IMG/VR virus record: IMGVR_UViG_3300034349_000008 | Source: a virus | Strand: one strand, 5' to 3' | Length of the DNA stretch: 64,000 nt | Notes under the pieces: generated by a model | What the model saw: the letters and a program-made list of their open reading frames with translations, nothing else | Databases searched by the model: none | Told to the model about the DNA's origin: nothing | Made by a program: the position numbers and the translations under genes | Part shown: piece after piece, positions 48,595 through 56,777 of the stretch | How the letters are laid out: each line of letters opens with the position of its first letter | How positions within the stretch are numbered: the stretch's first letter is position 1

Positions 48595-50460
48595 ATGACA
48601 ATGTTTAAATGTATCCAAGTAGAACATGGTGTTGACATCAGCTACGGTGGTTCTTTCTTTTTCACCTTCAAAAGCAAAACACACAACCTGATTAATCTTC
48701 CTGACGGTCGTGTTCGTATCTCACGTAAGATTGATAATGCTATTGAGTTTGTAAGTGAACCATATGAACGGTTTGTGTCTTTAGATGGTCAACCAGTTGG
48801 CACTACATACGCTGAGCTTAGTGCGTATATGAATCACGACGTGGCTGACCTGAAGGCTGGTGAGGGTGTTTCTGTAACAGGTGACACCGTGAGTATCGTT
48901 GCTGGTGGTCCAAGCACACTGGGTGGCTTCAAGGTCGGTACAGGGCTTGTGGTTGACGGTCAAGGTCGTCTGTCTGCCAACGCTGTCAGTGAGGTTACTA
49001 AGGTTCTGAATACTCAGGCTGAGCGACTGGCATTGACTGCTGAACCATTGCGCCCATACCGAATCATCCAGTTGGACACAAAGCGTCTGTATTACCTTAA
49101 CGCTGGTGACTCACCTTCTGTAAGCTCCAACTGGTTTACTGGACCGTCGATTGAGACGACTGTATTGAGCTTCAAGGGTCGTACAGGCGCACTAGATTCA
49201 GAGTTTGGTGACTACAACTTTGACTTGATTCCAATGACAGATAAGACCACGAGCGCAACACACAAGTTGGTAATCGATGACGGTATGTTATTCATTGAGG
49301 ATATTGAGTCAACCATTCGTACTCAGATTGCTTACAGTACAGATGTAGATATGGGTGATGTTTACTCTAAACTCACATCACTTGACGATACTATCAATAG
49401 TCAATCGGATGGTTTAGTTAAGAAAGTTTCTGACATCAATACTAAAGTAAATAGTATCGAGGATGTTGTTAGTAACGCAACAACTGGTTTGAACAGACGT
49501 GTTGTATCGCTTGAGCAACTAGTTACTACTGTGAACCAAAAAGCAGATAGTGTTGCAGATAACAACGTTGTACTGGACACACGATTGATTAGTGTAGAGA
49601 GTGAACTACTTAACAAAGCACCACTTGTTAATGGTAAAATTCCATATGCTAATCTTCCTGATCTAGCTGCTGGACGTAAGGTGAACGTGGCTAATCGTGC
49701 AGCACGTCTTCAGTTGTCCCGTCATCCTGACTTGACGATTGCATATGAAAGTGATACTGCTGAAGCATGGGCTTTGAATGCCAATGACAACCCCGCTATT
49801 GACTCTAACTGGTCTAAGCTTGGTGATGCACAGTCTCAAGGTGTAGCTTCTTTCAATGGTCGTACTGGGGCGATTGGTCCACAACAGGGTGATTATAACA
49901 CAGGTCAGATTAGTGAGATTCTTGGGAAAGAGTTTGTAACCGCCGCACAGAAAACAGAATGGTCAGCTAAAGAAACACCCACTGGTGCACAAACTAAAGC
50001 TACTGCTGCACAAACTGCTGCTAAGACGTATGCTGATAGTACATTCATTCCTGTTACCCAAAAGAATGCTGTAAGTGGTCTAGCTCCTCTTGATGCGAAC
50101 AAGCGTGTACCAGTTGCAAACCTTCCAACATTCCTACCACAAAAGGCACGTAAGTGGGTAGATGTTAAAGCCTCACGATTCTACAACACATGGTGGGTGA
50201 ACGGTTCAGGGAATGACATGGAAGTGTTTCTGAGAACTAACGCACTTTCAGACAACGCCAAGTACATTATCGTGAACATGCGTGAAAATTCTACGTCTCC
50301 GACTTTTGGTTTTCAATGCACATATGATAATGCCACAGGTAACCGCTACTTAAGCCATCAAGTGACAGTTCCTGCTGGATGGCAATATGCAGTGTTAATT
50401 TCTGGTGGTGCTGTAGCCTCAGATATTAGTGCCATTGGTGTTTGGCGTGAGCTTTCCTAA
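48595..50460 (+). CDS. Second tail-fibre-like / receptor-binding-like protein (621 aa)
   Basis: Two copies of the motif F.GRTGA....(F/Q)GDYN (VLSFKGRTGALDSEFGDYNF, VASFNGRTGAIGPQQGDYNT). Central coiled segment. GGAG upstream. Confidence 0.5.
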   Translation: MTMFKCIQVEHGVDISYGGSFFFTFKSKTHNLINLPDGRVRISRKIDNAIEFVSEPYERFVSLDGQPVGTTYAELSAYMNHDVADLKAGEGVSVTGDTVSIVAGGPSTLGGFKVGTGLVVDGQGRLSANAVSEVTKVLNTQAERLALTAEPLRPYRIIQLDTKRLYYLNAGDSPSVSSNWFTGPSIETTVLSFKGRTGALDSEFGDYNFDLIPMTDKTTSATHKLVIDDGMLFIEDIESTIRTQIAYSTDVDMGDVYSKLTSLDDTINSQSDGLVKKVSDINTKVNSIEDVVSNATTGLNRRVVSLEQLVTTVNQKADSVADNNVVLDTRLISVESELLNKAPLVNGKIPYANLPDLAAGRKVNVANRAARLQLSRHPDLTIAYESDTAEAWALNANDNPAIDSNWSKLGDAQSQGVASFNGRTGAIGPQQGDYNTGQISEILGKEFVTAAQKTEWSAKETPTGAQTKATAAQTAAKTYADSTFIPVTQKNAVSGLAPLDANKRVPVANLPTFLPQKARKWVDVKASRFYNTWWVNGSGNDMEVFLRTNALSDNAKYIIVNMRENSTSPTFGFQCTYDNATGNRYLSHQVTVPAGWQYAVLISGGAVASDISAIGVWRELS

Positions 50461-50467
50461 CCTATGA

Positions 50468-50490
50468 CCCCGCTTCGGCGGGGTTTTCTT
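50468..50490 (+). terminator. Rho-independent terminator (CCCCGC-TTCG-GCGGGG)
   Basis: 16-nt core identical to the terminator at 47260-75, followed by TTTT. Confidence 0.85.
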
Positions 50491-50508
50491 TTGCATGAAG
50501 AAAAGTGC

Positions 50509-50536
50509 TTGACAGGGTGAACCAAGCTGGTAGACT
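50509..50536 (+). promoter_or_regulatory. Sigma70 promoter (TTGACA-16-TAGACT, TGn extended)
   Basis: TTGACA 50509-14, TGGTAGACT 50528-36. Confidence 0.6.
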
Positions 50537-50562
50537 GACCACAAATCAACAGGAGCTACATC

Positions 50563-50757
50563 ATGAAGAGTCGCTATCAGATGACCAATCGTGGTCGCAA
50601 AGGGAAGCCTTGCTGGTACGTAGAAGACATGAAAGACGTTGACGGTAGCGTAGGTAAGTATCTATACTCAAGTCGCCTCAAATACGAAGCTGAAGGCTTT
50701 CTGAGTAACCTTCGTGACTTTGAGAAACGTGGTATCCAACCGGGAGAAGAGAAATGA
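50563..50757 (+). CDS. Hypothetical basic protein (64 aa)
   Basis: AGGAG upstream. Confidence 0.55.
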   Translation: MKSRYQMTNRGRKGKPCWYVEDMKDVDGSVGKYLYSSRLKYEAEGFLSNLRDFEKRGIQPGEEK

Positions 50758-50781
50758 TTCGTAAAAACCTCTAAGGTTTGC

Positions 50782-50931
50782 TTGGAAGGGTTTGATTTCT
50801 CGGCTACAGCGCCAGATGTACAATCCATCCTTTACACAGCGTTGGTTCATGTGTACAATCTGGGTCTTGAACGGGGCTCACGTGAAGTCCAACGGCAAAT
50901 GCGAGAAGTATTGGGGATTGAACATGATTAA
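50782..50931 (+). CDS. Hypothetical small protein (49 aa, TTG start)
   Basis: Hand translation (M)EGFDFSATAPDVQSILYTALVHVYNLGLERGSREVQRQMREVLGIEHD looks more protein-like than the overlapping upstream part of track ORF 50792..51118. Confidence 0.3.
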   Translation: MEGFDFSATAPDVQSILYTALVHVYNLGLERGSREVQRQMREVLGIEHD

Positions 50932-51118
50932 TGTAGAGCAATTAATGAACGATCTGATTGCACTGAAAGAGGAAATGGGTAAACGTGCTGAAGAGTCACA
51001 CCAATACACGAAACTACACCCTATCGAATCTGGTTGGTGGAACTTTTATGTTGGTCAACTTGACGGTCACAATACTGCTTGTTACAGACTACAACAATTA
51101 ATTGAGAAGTATATATGA
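50924..51118 (+). CDS. Hypothetical protein (64 aa)
   Basis: Internal ATG of track ORF 50792..51118 (MINVEQLMNDLIALKEEM...). Confidence 0.45.
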   Translation: MINVEQLMNDLIALKEEMGKRAEESHQYTKLHPIESGWWNFYVGQLDGHNTACYRLQQLIEKYI

Positions 51119-51291
51119 TTGTACGAACGAAGACAGTGAATGACGGTTATGTCAAAGGTGTCATTGTAACTGCTGACACTCTACGTGACCTACATCGCTG
51201 GTTGGAAGATGTTCAAGGTAGTGCCGACCACAAAGAGGGTGCACGACACGTTGTTAATTTCCTTGATAACATGTATGATAGGATTCGATGA
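51115..51291 (+). CDS. Hypothetical small protein (58 aa)
   Basis: Hand translation MIVRTKTVNDGYVKGVIVTADTLRDLHRW... ATGA overlaps on both sides. Confidence 0.4.
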   Translation: MIVRTKTVNDGYVKGVIVTADTLRDLHRWLEDVQGSADHKEGARHVVNFLDNMYDRIR

Positions 51292-51536
51292 TGAAAAAGG
51301 CACAGATAACACGCCGTTGGGTTGTATACCCACCAAACTACAATTGGCGAAACAACGATAAGTTTTACCATGTTCCTTTCCTTAAAGATGCATGTAATAA
51401 GGCTTGCTCTCTTGGTGAAGGTGCTGAAGTTTGTGAGCGAGTAGAACAAGTTTATAGAGATGGTGCTTGGTCATCATCTGGTGGTCGATCCTTCACTGTG
51501 GTAAAACGAAAAAGGAGCCGATATGAAACAGCATAA
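51288..51536 (+). CDS. Hypothetical protein (82 aa)
   Basis: Track ORF. Confidence 0.5.
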   Translation: MMKKAQITRRWVVYPPNYNWRNNDKFYHVPFLKDACNKACSLGEGAEVCERVEQVYRDGAWSSSGGRSFTVVKRKRSRYETA

Positions 51537-51675
51537 CTTTGTAGCAAAGCACATGAACAGCTTTAACCGTGCAAGTGTCGTACCAGACAAGCGTGACAAA
51601 TATCTGGAAGACGCTTACGAAAAAGAAATGGAAGGTGAATTCGAGGATGATGAAAATGATTACATTCCTGACTGA
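51523..51675 (+). CDS. Hypothetical small acidic protein (50 aa)
   Basis: Hand translation MKQHNFVAKHMNSFNRASVVPDKRDKYLEDAYEKEMEGEFEDDENDYIPD. AAGGAG upstream. Confidence 0.45.
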   Translation: MKQHNFVAKHMNSFNRASVVPDKRDKYLEDAYEKEMEGEFEDDENDYIPD

Positions 51676-51850
51676 GAATGGTTATACAATCTGGGTTCTT
51701 CTGGTCTTAATGATCCTATGGGTTATCACTGTAAAGTATGCTGAAGGACCACCAAGTCATAAAGATGATCTGGTAACACATCGCATTATCGAAGCACGTG
51801 AGAATAGCTTTCTCATGAATCATACTGAAAGTAAATGGGGAACTGAATAA
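51647..51850 (+). CDS. Small membrane protein (about 64-67 aa)
   Basis: Met cluster at 51647/51650/51656 in the frame of track ORF 51569..51850. TMD YTIWVLLVLMILWVITV. Confidence 0.45.
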   Translation: MMKMITFLTENGYTIWVLLVLMILWVITVKYAEGPPSHKDDLVTHRIIEARENSFLMNHTESKWGTE

Positions 51851-52029
51851 TGGCTGTTTTCGGATATCTGGTTTATTGTTTAGCCACACTGTGGGTAAGT
51901 GTGCTAGGTCTTGCTGTATTCTCTTGGCCTTCTAACAACACTGGTGAAAAGTGGTTCATGTTGGTTATTATGGGTCTGTTCTGGTATGGTGCGTACACTT
52001 GGTTCCCTTTCACTGTGAGTCTGCAATGA
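51850..52029 (+). CDS. Small two-TMD membrane protein (59 aa)
   Basis: Hand translation MAVFGYLVYCLATLWVSVLGLAVFSW..WFMLVIMGLFWYGAYTWF. TAATG and ATGA overlaps. Confidence 0.45.
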   Translation: MAVFGYLVYCLATLWVSVLGLAVFSWPSNNTGEKWFMLVIMGLFWYGAYTWFPFTVSLQ

Positions 52030-52385
52030 GAACAGCTACACTCTATTCAACTGAACAGAAGAGTGTCACCTTATACAGCGATAACATTCCGTATCATGTG
52101 CGTGGACCTATACGCGTAATCAACTCAGATGACATCTTGTGTAAGGATGAAATAAGTCACGTTCACCACCTACCTGTTGAGCGATGGGTACGCAACGGTG
52201 AAGAGTTTCTTATTGCCTTTGACCCAAAGCTTCGTGACATTGTAAAATGTATGATTCAATCACGACTTGATGACAACTCAAAATACTATCGGGCTTTACT
52301 TAGTAAGTGTGACGATAAAATAAAACGATTGCAGTCACGTGCAATTTGGGATATGATTAAGCTCAAATTCAGGAGAAAGAAATGA
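52026..52385 (+). CDS. Hypothetical protein (119 aa)
   Basis: ATG 52026, in frame with track ORF 51951..52385. Confidence 0.5.
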   Translation: MRTATLYSTEQKSVTLYSDNIPYHVRGPIRVINSDDILCKDEISHVHHLPVERWVRNGEEFLIAFDPKLRDIVKCMIQSRLDDNSKYYRALLSKCDDKIKRLQSRAIWDMIKLKFRRKK

Positions 52386-52573
52386 ACCCAAGAGAAGAAG
52401 CAATCTCTGATTGTAAGTATGCAATCTCACTAGGTGAAGTGGCTCTGAATCAACACATTCAAATCTGGCAAGATTCACCACCTACTGTAAACGTTGGTGA
52501 AGAGTATGAGTATTGGTGTACGCTGGCTGAAATCAAAAGTAAATTGGGGAGTGAAGAATGTCTTCTAAAGTAA
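52382..52573 (+). CDS. Hypothetical protein (63 aa)
   Basis: Track ORF. AGGAG upstream. Confidence 0.5.
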   Translation: MNPREEAISDCKYAISLGEVALNQHIQIWQDSPPTVNVGEEYEYWCTLAEIKSKLGSEECLLK

Positions 52574-52956
52574 TCATGACTGAACTGGGGATCACTCGTA
52601 GTAGTGATGGTAATTATTACATCCGTATTGGGTGTGAAACCAGTCGTATAAGTTTCTGTGAACTGAAGTTGACAGGTGAGCAATTTGCTGAAGCTGTTAC
52701 AGGTTTGCATTCTTGCGATATTCCAGCTACGGTCAAAGGTTTGAATCGTGTAGGTAAAGAACGTGTACGAGCTACACGTCAAGTTATGTGCCCATTGAAG
52801 ACATATGACCGTGATGAGTTGGGTAAATGGTTGGATGAACATTGTCAAGAAGAAGGGTGGTTGATTGACACATATCTGGGTTCTCAAAACTCAACTAAAT
52901 CAGTTGACGACGGTACACTTCTAAACTATTCTGTGTTCAAATACATCGATATCTGA
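52558..52956 (+). CDS. Hypothetical protein (132 aa)
   Basis: Track ORF. GGGGAG upstream. Confidence 0.55.
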   Translation: MSSKVIMTELGITRSSDGNYYIRIGCETSRISFCELKLTGEQFAEAVTGLHSCDIPATVKGLNRVGKERVRATRQVMCPLKTYDRDELGKWLDEHCQEEGWLIDTYLGSQNSTKSVDDGTLLNYSVFKYIDI

Positions 52957-52965
52957 GGAAACAAA

Positions 52966-53139
52966 ATGGCTTTCAGAGAAGTAGCAGTAGCAAAGGCAAT
53001 CCTTGAGGATGCAGGTTTCACATTCTTCAAGGTGGATGACCATCAGTGGGATATGATGGATGGTGAACGTCGTGTAGACTTTAGTCGATCACTTGGTGAT
53101 CTTATTCGTAAACAAGCAACAGCACTTGGAGTTTGGTAA
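52966..53139 (+). CDS. Hypothetical small protein (57 aa)
   Basis: Hand translation MAFREVAVAKAILEDAGFTFFKVDDHQWDMMDGERR... GAGGA upstream. Confidence 0.45.
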   Translation: MAFREVAVAKAILEDAGFTFFKVDDHQWDMMDGERRVDFSRSLGDLIRKQATALGVW

Positions 53140-53540
53140 TGACTGCTAACGCAACGTTAGTTAAAGAACGTGGTATCAGTGAGGGGAATGTCGCTCTAAT
53201 TAATTCTATACACGATCAACTTGACTACCTAATTGAGAATGCTGACTGTTCTGAGGACCGTAGCTGGACGCATACGCTCGTACAGAAAGCAGAATTTACA
53301 CTACAGGAGTTGTGGGGTTTCCTTCAAGAAAGTCGTTATCACACATGGTGTGCAAGGCTCCAGAAGCGCTTCAGAGAGGTTGATTACCTCGGGGCAGTAT
53401 ATCGGTGTAAAGAGACTGGTTTGTCACGTACAGTGATGCGTGATGACCTTCAGCGTCCATATCTGTTCGGTGTTGGTAAAGGCTTCATCGACTTCGGTGA
53501 TGTTGTTCGTACTGTTGGACCAATCGAGCGTGTGCAATGA
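53139..53540 (+). CDS. Hypothetical protein (133 aa)
   Basis: ATG 53139 (TAATG overlap), in frame with track ORF 53133..53540. Confidence 0.55.
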   Translation: MTANATLVKERGISEGNVALINSIHDQLDYLIENADCSEDRSWTHTLVQKAEFTLQELWGFLQESRYHTWCARLQKRFREVDYLGAVYRCKETGLSRTVMRDDLQRPYLFGVGKGFIDFGDVVRTVGPIERVQ

Positions 53541-53683
53541 ATAGAGAGAAACGTTGGGCTTTCCTATGGTTAGAATATGAACGTATTGGTTGGGTTGAAG
53601 AACTTACACTCTTTGGCTTTACATTGTATCGTCGTTCGGGTAGTCTGATCGAACTTCTTGGTATTAGCTGGATACACAAATGA
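53537..53683 (+). CDS. Hypothetical small protein (48 aa)
   Basis: Hand translation MNREKRWAFLWLEYERIGWVEELTLFGF... ATGA overlaps. Confidence 0.4.
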   Translation: MNREKRWAFLWLEYERIGWVEELTLFGFTLYRRSGSLIELLGISWIHK

Positions 53684-53973
53684 CACTTGACGAACAGCTA
53701 GAAGATAAAGGTATGATCCCCATTGCTGAACGCATGTTGTGTAATGGTCCAATGGATGGTATGATGCGTCATGCTCAGGTCCAAACACTCTCAGATTTAC
53801 TCTCATGGGTTGAGATGGCACGTCATGAGAATATGGAGATGGTTGCACGTCATGATCTTGGTATTCATCCAATGAGTGAGGACATTGCAGACTTTATCTA
53901 TGGTAAGGGTAGTATTCTATGGGAGGTTCATGTTAACCTCCTACATATAATGAAAGGAGAGTTATCCAAATGA
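53680..53973 (+). CDS. Hypothetical protein (97 aa)
   Basis: Track ORF. Confidence 0.5.
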   Translation: MTLDEQLEDKGMIPIAERMLCNGPMDGMMRHAQVQTLSDLLSWVEMARHENMEMVARHDLGIHPMSEDIADFIYGKGSILWEVHVNLLHIMKGELSK

Positions 53974-54149
53974 TAGATACAGATCAACGGTTTGAATTAA
54001 TCCAATTCCTTCGTGATAACATGACAATCGAAATCAGTCGTGACCAAGAATACTACAGCTATCCTTACATCGAGGTTAAGTTGAAAGTATGTGGTCAGCT
54101 TATTGACTCAAGTCAATGCACAATCTATGATGGTGAACATAATGGTTAA
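53970..54149 (+). CDS. Hypothetical small protein (59 aa)
   Basis: Hand translation MIDTDQRFELIQFLRDNMTIEISRDQEYYSYPYIEVKL... ATGA overlap. Confidence 0.4.
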   Translation: MIDTDQRFELIQFLRDNMTIEISRDQEYYSYPYIEVKLKVCGQLIDSSQCTIYDGEHNG

Positions 54150-54426
54150 CGATAAAACTTTGAGTATCATTGAAAGTCTGTATCCTGATTTCAGTGAGTA
54201 TGAGGACAACGCACAATTCTTTCATTGGTTGGATTACGCTTGTGAGCTAGACTTTATTCTAGCATCAGCGTATGATCGTACCAATGAATCACTCATTGCA
54301 TATCTGAATAAGCGGATGCTGGAATTACGTTCTAGTTCTGCTCAACATGACGCCTGTGTGGATGTTGCATCTACGCTAGAAGAGTCAGTATCAACTCACT
54401 TCAAAGGGAAGTTTAAGTATGAATGA
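54142..54426 (+). CDS. Hypothetical protein (94 aa)
   Basis: ATG 54142, in frame with track ORF 54091..54426. Confidence 0.5.
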   Translation: MVNDKTLSIIESLYPDFSEYEDNAQFFHWLDYACELDFILASAYDRTNESLIAYLNKRMLELRSSSAQHDACVDVASTLEESVSTHFKGKFKYE

Positions 54427-54643
54427 TCCAATTGTTAGTGTAGAATTCCTAGAGACAAATGGGTTTACACTAACTCAATATCCAGATGGATTATTCTGGG
54501 TGCGAAGGGCACATGAGGAGTTGTTATTGCAACTCAATGAAAGTCGTACACGAGCAACATTGTACGATAATGGATGGGTTGAAGACTACTTGACAGTAGA
54601 AGAAGTTCAAAGTACAATTAATCAATTCAACGACAAATACTAA
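54419..54643 (+). CDS. Hypothetical protein (74 aa)
   Basis: Track ORF. Confidence 0.5.
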   Translation: MNDPIVSVEFLETNGFTLTQYPDGLFWVRRAHEELLLQLNESRTRATLYDNGWVEDYLTVEEVQSTINQFNDKY

Positions 54644-54659
54644 GTAATAAGGAATCAAA

Positions 54660-54809
54660 ATGAATCAAGTAGTACGTTTCGAAAACACCAAACGCAAAAT
54701 GAACTGGAAACAACAAGAGGAACTGCGTTTAGGTAAGAAGCGTGATCAAGATCGCCGTAGTGCTCGTATCGTTGGTCGTGAAGTTAAAGCAATTGGAGAA
54801 GAAGAATGA
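54660..54809 (+). CDS. Hypothetical small basic protein (49 aa)
   Basis: Hand translation MNQVVRFENTKRKMNWKQQEELRLGKKRDQDRRSARIVGRE... AAGGA upstream. Confidence 0.4.
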   Translation: MNQVVRFENTKRKMNWKQQEELRLGKKRDQDRRSARIVGREVKAIGEEE

Positions 54810-55042
54810 GTGCTTTTGACGTAAGAGATGGTGCTGAAAATAATATAACTAGTATCATTATTGCAGATGACCATCCAACTGTTGTAATTGCTACAAATTT
54901 AACACCTAGTGAGAGTCGTGAAGGTGTTGTTCTTATCAACGACGTAAGTGATGACTACGTGATGATTAACTCTGAAGAACATGCTAATAATTTGATCAAG
55001 GCACTTAACAAAGCAATTGAACTGAAGTGGTTTGATAAGTAA
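54806..55042 (+). CDS. Hypothetical protein (78 aa)
   Basis: Track ORF. Last gene before the terminator. Confidence 0.55.
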   Translation: MSAFDVRDGAENNITSIIIADDHPTVVIATNLTPSESREGVVLINDVSDDYVMINSEEHANNLIKALNKAIELKWFDK

Positions 55043-55057
55043 TAGTAAGAACTGAAT

Positions 55058-55086
55058 AACCCCACCAATGAGTGGGGTTTCTTTTG
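55058..55086. terminator. Rho-independent terminator ending the 50.5-55 kb operon
   Basis: AACCCCAC/GTGGGGTT stem followed by TCTTTTG. Confidence 0.8.
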
Positions 55087-55682
55087 TCTTTAGTTTGATA
55101 ATACAGCGAGATATGTCTGCTATATCTAAATAGGAATTGAAGTTTGGAATTTCATGGGATATTGGTGGTTCTGTTTTAATCCAAAAAATCCCCTACACCC
55201 CCTTTTTCAATATTGGGAAAGTAGTTTTCGATTTAGGGAAATCCAGAAATTCACTCACCAGAATTTTGAATTGTACTGCGAGGTGGAATGAAAATCATTC
55301 ACATTTGATAATTAGAATGCGACGAGTTCTCATTTCATATAGAGAAAGGTTCTTATTCTCAAATACCCTTTTCTAAAGAAATGAGAAAATAGCGGGTACT
55401 CTTACGCCCTCGGTTCCCCGACGACATTTTTGAATAGTACAGATAAGTTTAGCACAAGTCAACAATTATTTTCTGATTTGATAATCATTCGTATTTGCAG
55501 AATGACGCCCACCCTCCCCACCTTGTAGTCCAGTATCCACGCTATGCGTTTCGTTCCTGCTATGTATGATTTTACCAGAACTGAAAAAGAATACAAGCAG
55601 TTGACGAAAATATTTATTTATGTTATTCGCACGCGCCCCCCGGTTCATTAATAAACAGGCTGAAAAGAATTCGAAATAGGTG
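55087..55682. other. About 600-bp non-coding, repeat-rich region (candidate genome end, origin or control region)
   Basis: No ORF with SD. TTTGATAAT three times (about 55093, 55306, 55477). 10-bp inverted repeat TTCTCATTTC 55327-36 / GAAATGAGAA 55378-87. C-tracts (CCCCTACACCCCC, CCCACCCTCCCCACC, GCGCCCCCCGG). GTATCCACG is DnaA-box-like. Confidence 0.6.
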
Positions 55683-55710
55683 TTGACTGGTTCTCTAAAT
55701 ACTGTAGACT
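55683..55710 (+). promoter_or_regulatory. Early-array promoter P1 (TTGACT-16-TAGACT)
   Basis: AAATAGGTG upstream. Spacer contains TTCTCTAAAT. Confidence 0.55.
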
Positions 55711-55743
55711 TCACCTTATCGAAACGAAACAAAGGTTCTCTAA

Positions 55744-55950
55744 ATGAAACGTCCAGAAGGCAAGCCAACGGAAATTCGCTTTTGCACTTACGCAAACGCG
55801 ACCGGTCCTAAAATGGAAGTGTTGCACGCGTACAAGATTCCAGTTAGTAATATGTCGAAAGAGGACTGCATTAAGTTCCGGGATGAGTTGTACAAAAATC
55901 CCCATTGTGGTACTTGCACAATCTATCTTGACAACGGCTGCCATATCTGA
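55744..55950 (+). CDS. Hypothetical Cys-containing protein (68 aa)
   Basis: Track ORF. GGTTCTCTAA directly precedes the ATG. Confidence 0.55.
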   Translation: MKRPEGKPTEIRFCTYANATGPKMEVLHAYKIPVSNMSKEDCIKFRDELYKNPHCGTCTIYLDNGCHI

Positions 55951-55958
55951 GGTGTAAC

Positions 55959-56192
55959 ATGCGCTCTATTAAAACCCTTGCTCGCGAAGCTTATAAGAAC
56001 CGTTACGCTTTCGGGCATGTTACAATTGACAAAGACGGGACAATGTTGGGTCACTGGCATGATACTCGCCAGAAACTAAACCCTGTTGAATTGGGTAACA
56101 TTGCAGACTGTTGCACACGGGTTAACGAACGTAAAACCGGTATCCTGTTTTATAACCGTGACTTTATTGTGTATACGTTCGCAATGGAATAG
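55959..56192 (+). CDS. Hypothetical protein (77 aa)
   Basis: Track ORF. GAGG upstream. Confidence 0.55.
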   Translation: MRSIKTLAREAYKNRYAFGHVTIDKDGTMLGHWHDTRQKLNPVELGNIADCCTRVNERKTGILFYNRDFIVYTFAME

Positions 56193-56203
56193 AAAATAAA
56201 AGC

Positions 56204-56231
56204 TTGACGCCTTTTCTAAAGACTGTAGAAT
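56204..56231 (+). promoter_or_regulatory. Early-array promoter P2 (TTGACG-16-TAGAAT)
   Basis: Spacer TTTTCTAAAG. Start region AGGCGTCACAAACAAC. Confidence 0.6.
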
Positions 56232-56264
56232 AGGCGTCACAAACAACGAAAGAGAGTTATCACC

Positions 56265-56414
56265 ATGTCCCTAGACCGTTTTGTAGAACTGTACCTCGAC
56301 TATCGCAACAACTTCTTGACCGTGCAAGCCTTTGCCGCTCATTACGGGTTGTCGATTCTTGACGTAAACAAGATTGTTGAATGTGGTCGCACTATTAGCA
56401 GTATTGAGGAATAA
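56265..56414 (+). CDS. Hypothetical small protein (49 aa)
   Basis: Hand translation MSLDRFVELYLDYRNNFLTVQAFAAHYGLSILDVNKIVECGR... (HTH-like). Confidence 0.4.
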   Translation: MSLDRFVELYLDYRNNFLTVQAFAAHYGLSILDVNKIVECGRTISSIEE

Positions 56415-56418
56415 GAAC

Positions 56419-56733
56419 ATGAAAGCTTCCGAACTGTTGACATTGGCACTCGCTCAATATGAAAATCAAAAGTTTGCGTATATGTGTCATGAAATTGAAC
56501 AAATCGCCCACGTCCACGGCTGCGCAATGGACGCTGATCAATTCTTAAGCGATAAGATACACGCTATTATGGCACCACACGGAACAATTGTTATACATAA
56601 TGTACTGCGCAACACTAGCAAGAAATATGCAGGTTATGTGAACCGTTACGGTCACAACTGTAAGGCTTGTTTGAAAATGCGTGTTGCTTTCTGGCAAGAT
56701 ATGATTGCAGAATTAAAAACAGAAGGTTTGTAA
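56419..56733 (+). CDS. Hypothetical protein (104 aa)
   Basis: ATG 56419, in frame with track ORF 56374..56733. Confidence 0.5.
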   Translation: MKASELLTLALAQYENQKFAYMCHEIEQIAHVHGCAMDADQFLSDKIHAIMAPHGTIVIHNVLRNTSKKYAGYVNRYGHNCKACLKMRVAFWQDMIAELKTEGL

Positions 56734-56749
56734 ACGAGATTTTTGATTG

Positions 56750-56777
56750 TAGACACTTGACTAACCTTAAGTGTCTA
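56750..56777 (+). repeat. 9-bp inverted repeat hairpin (TAGACACTT / AAGTGTCTA)
   Basis: Perfect 9-bp arms with a 10-nt loop. No T-tract. Confidence 0.5.

Noticed and set aside
55509-55519. 11-nt complementarity between CCACCCTCCCC (55509-19) and GGGGAGGGTGG (62968-78) as an sRNA-target pair
   Set aside because: Among all position pairs in a 64-kb window, hundreds of 11-mer matches are expected by chance, and both are low-complexity tracts. The match is not evidence of an interaction on its own.
55137-55795. Track ORFs 55137..55376 (+, TTG start) and 55466..55795 (-) in the non-coding island
   Set aside because: They have no SD and odd composition, and they run across repeats, C-tracts and promoter P1. 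The region is better explained as non-coding.
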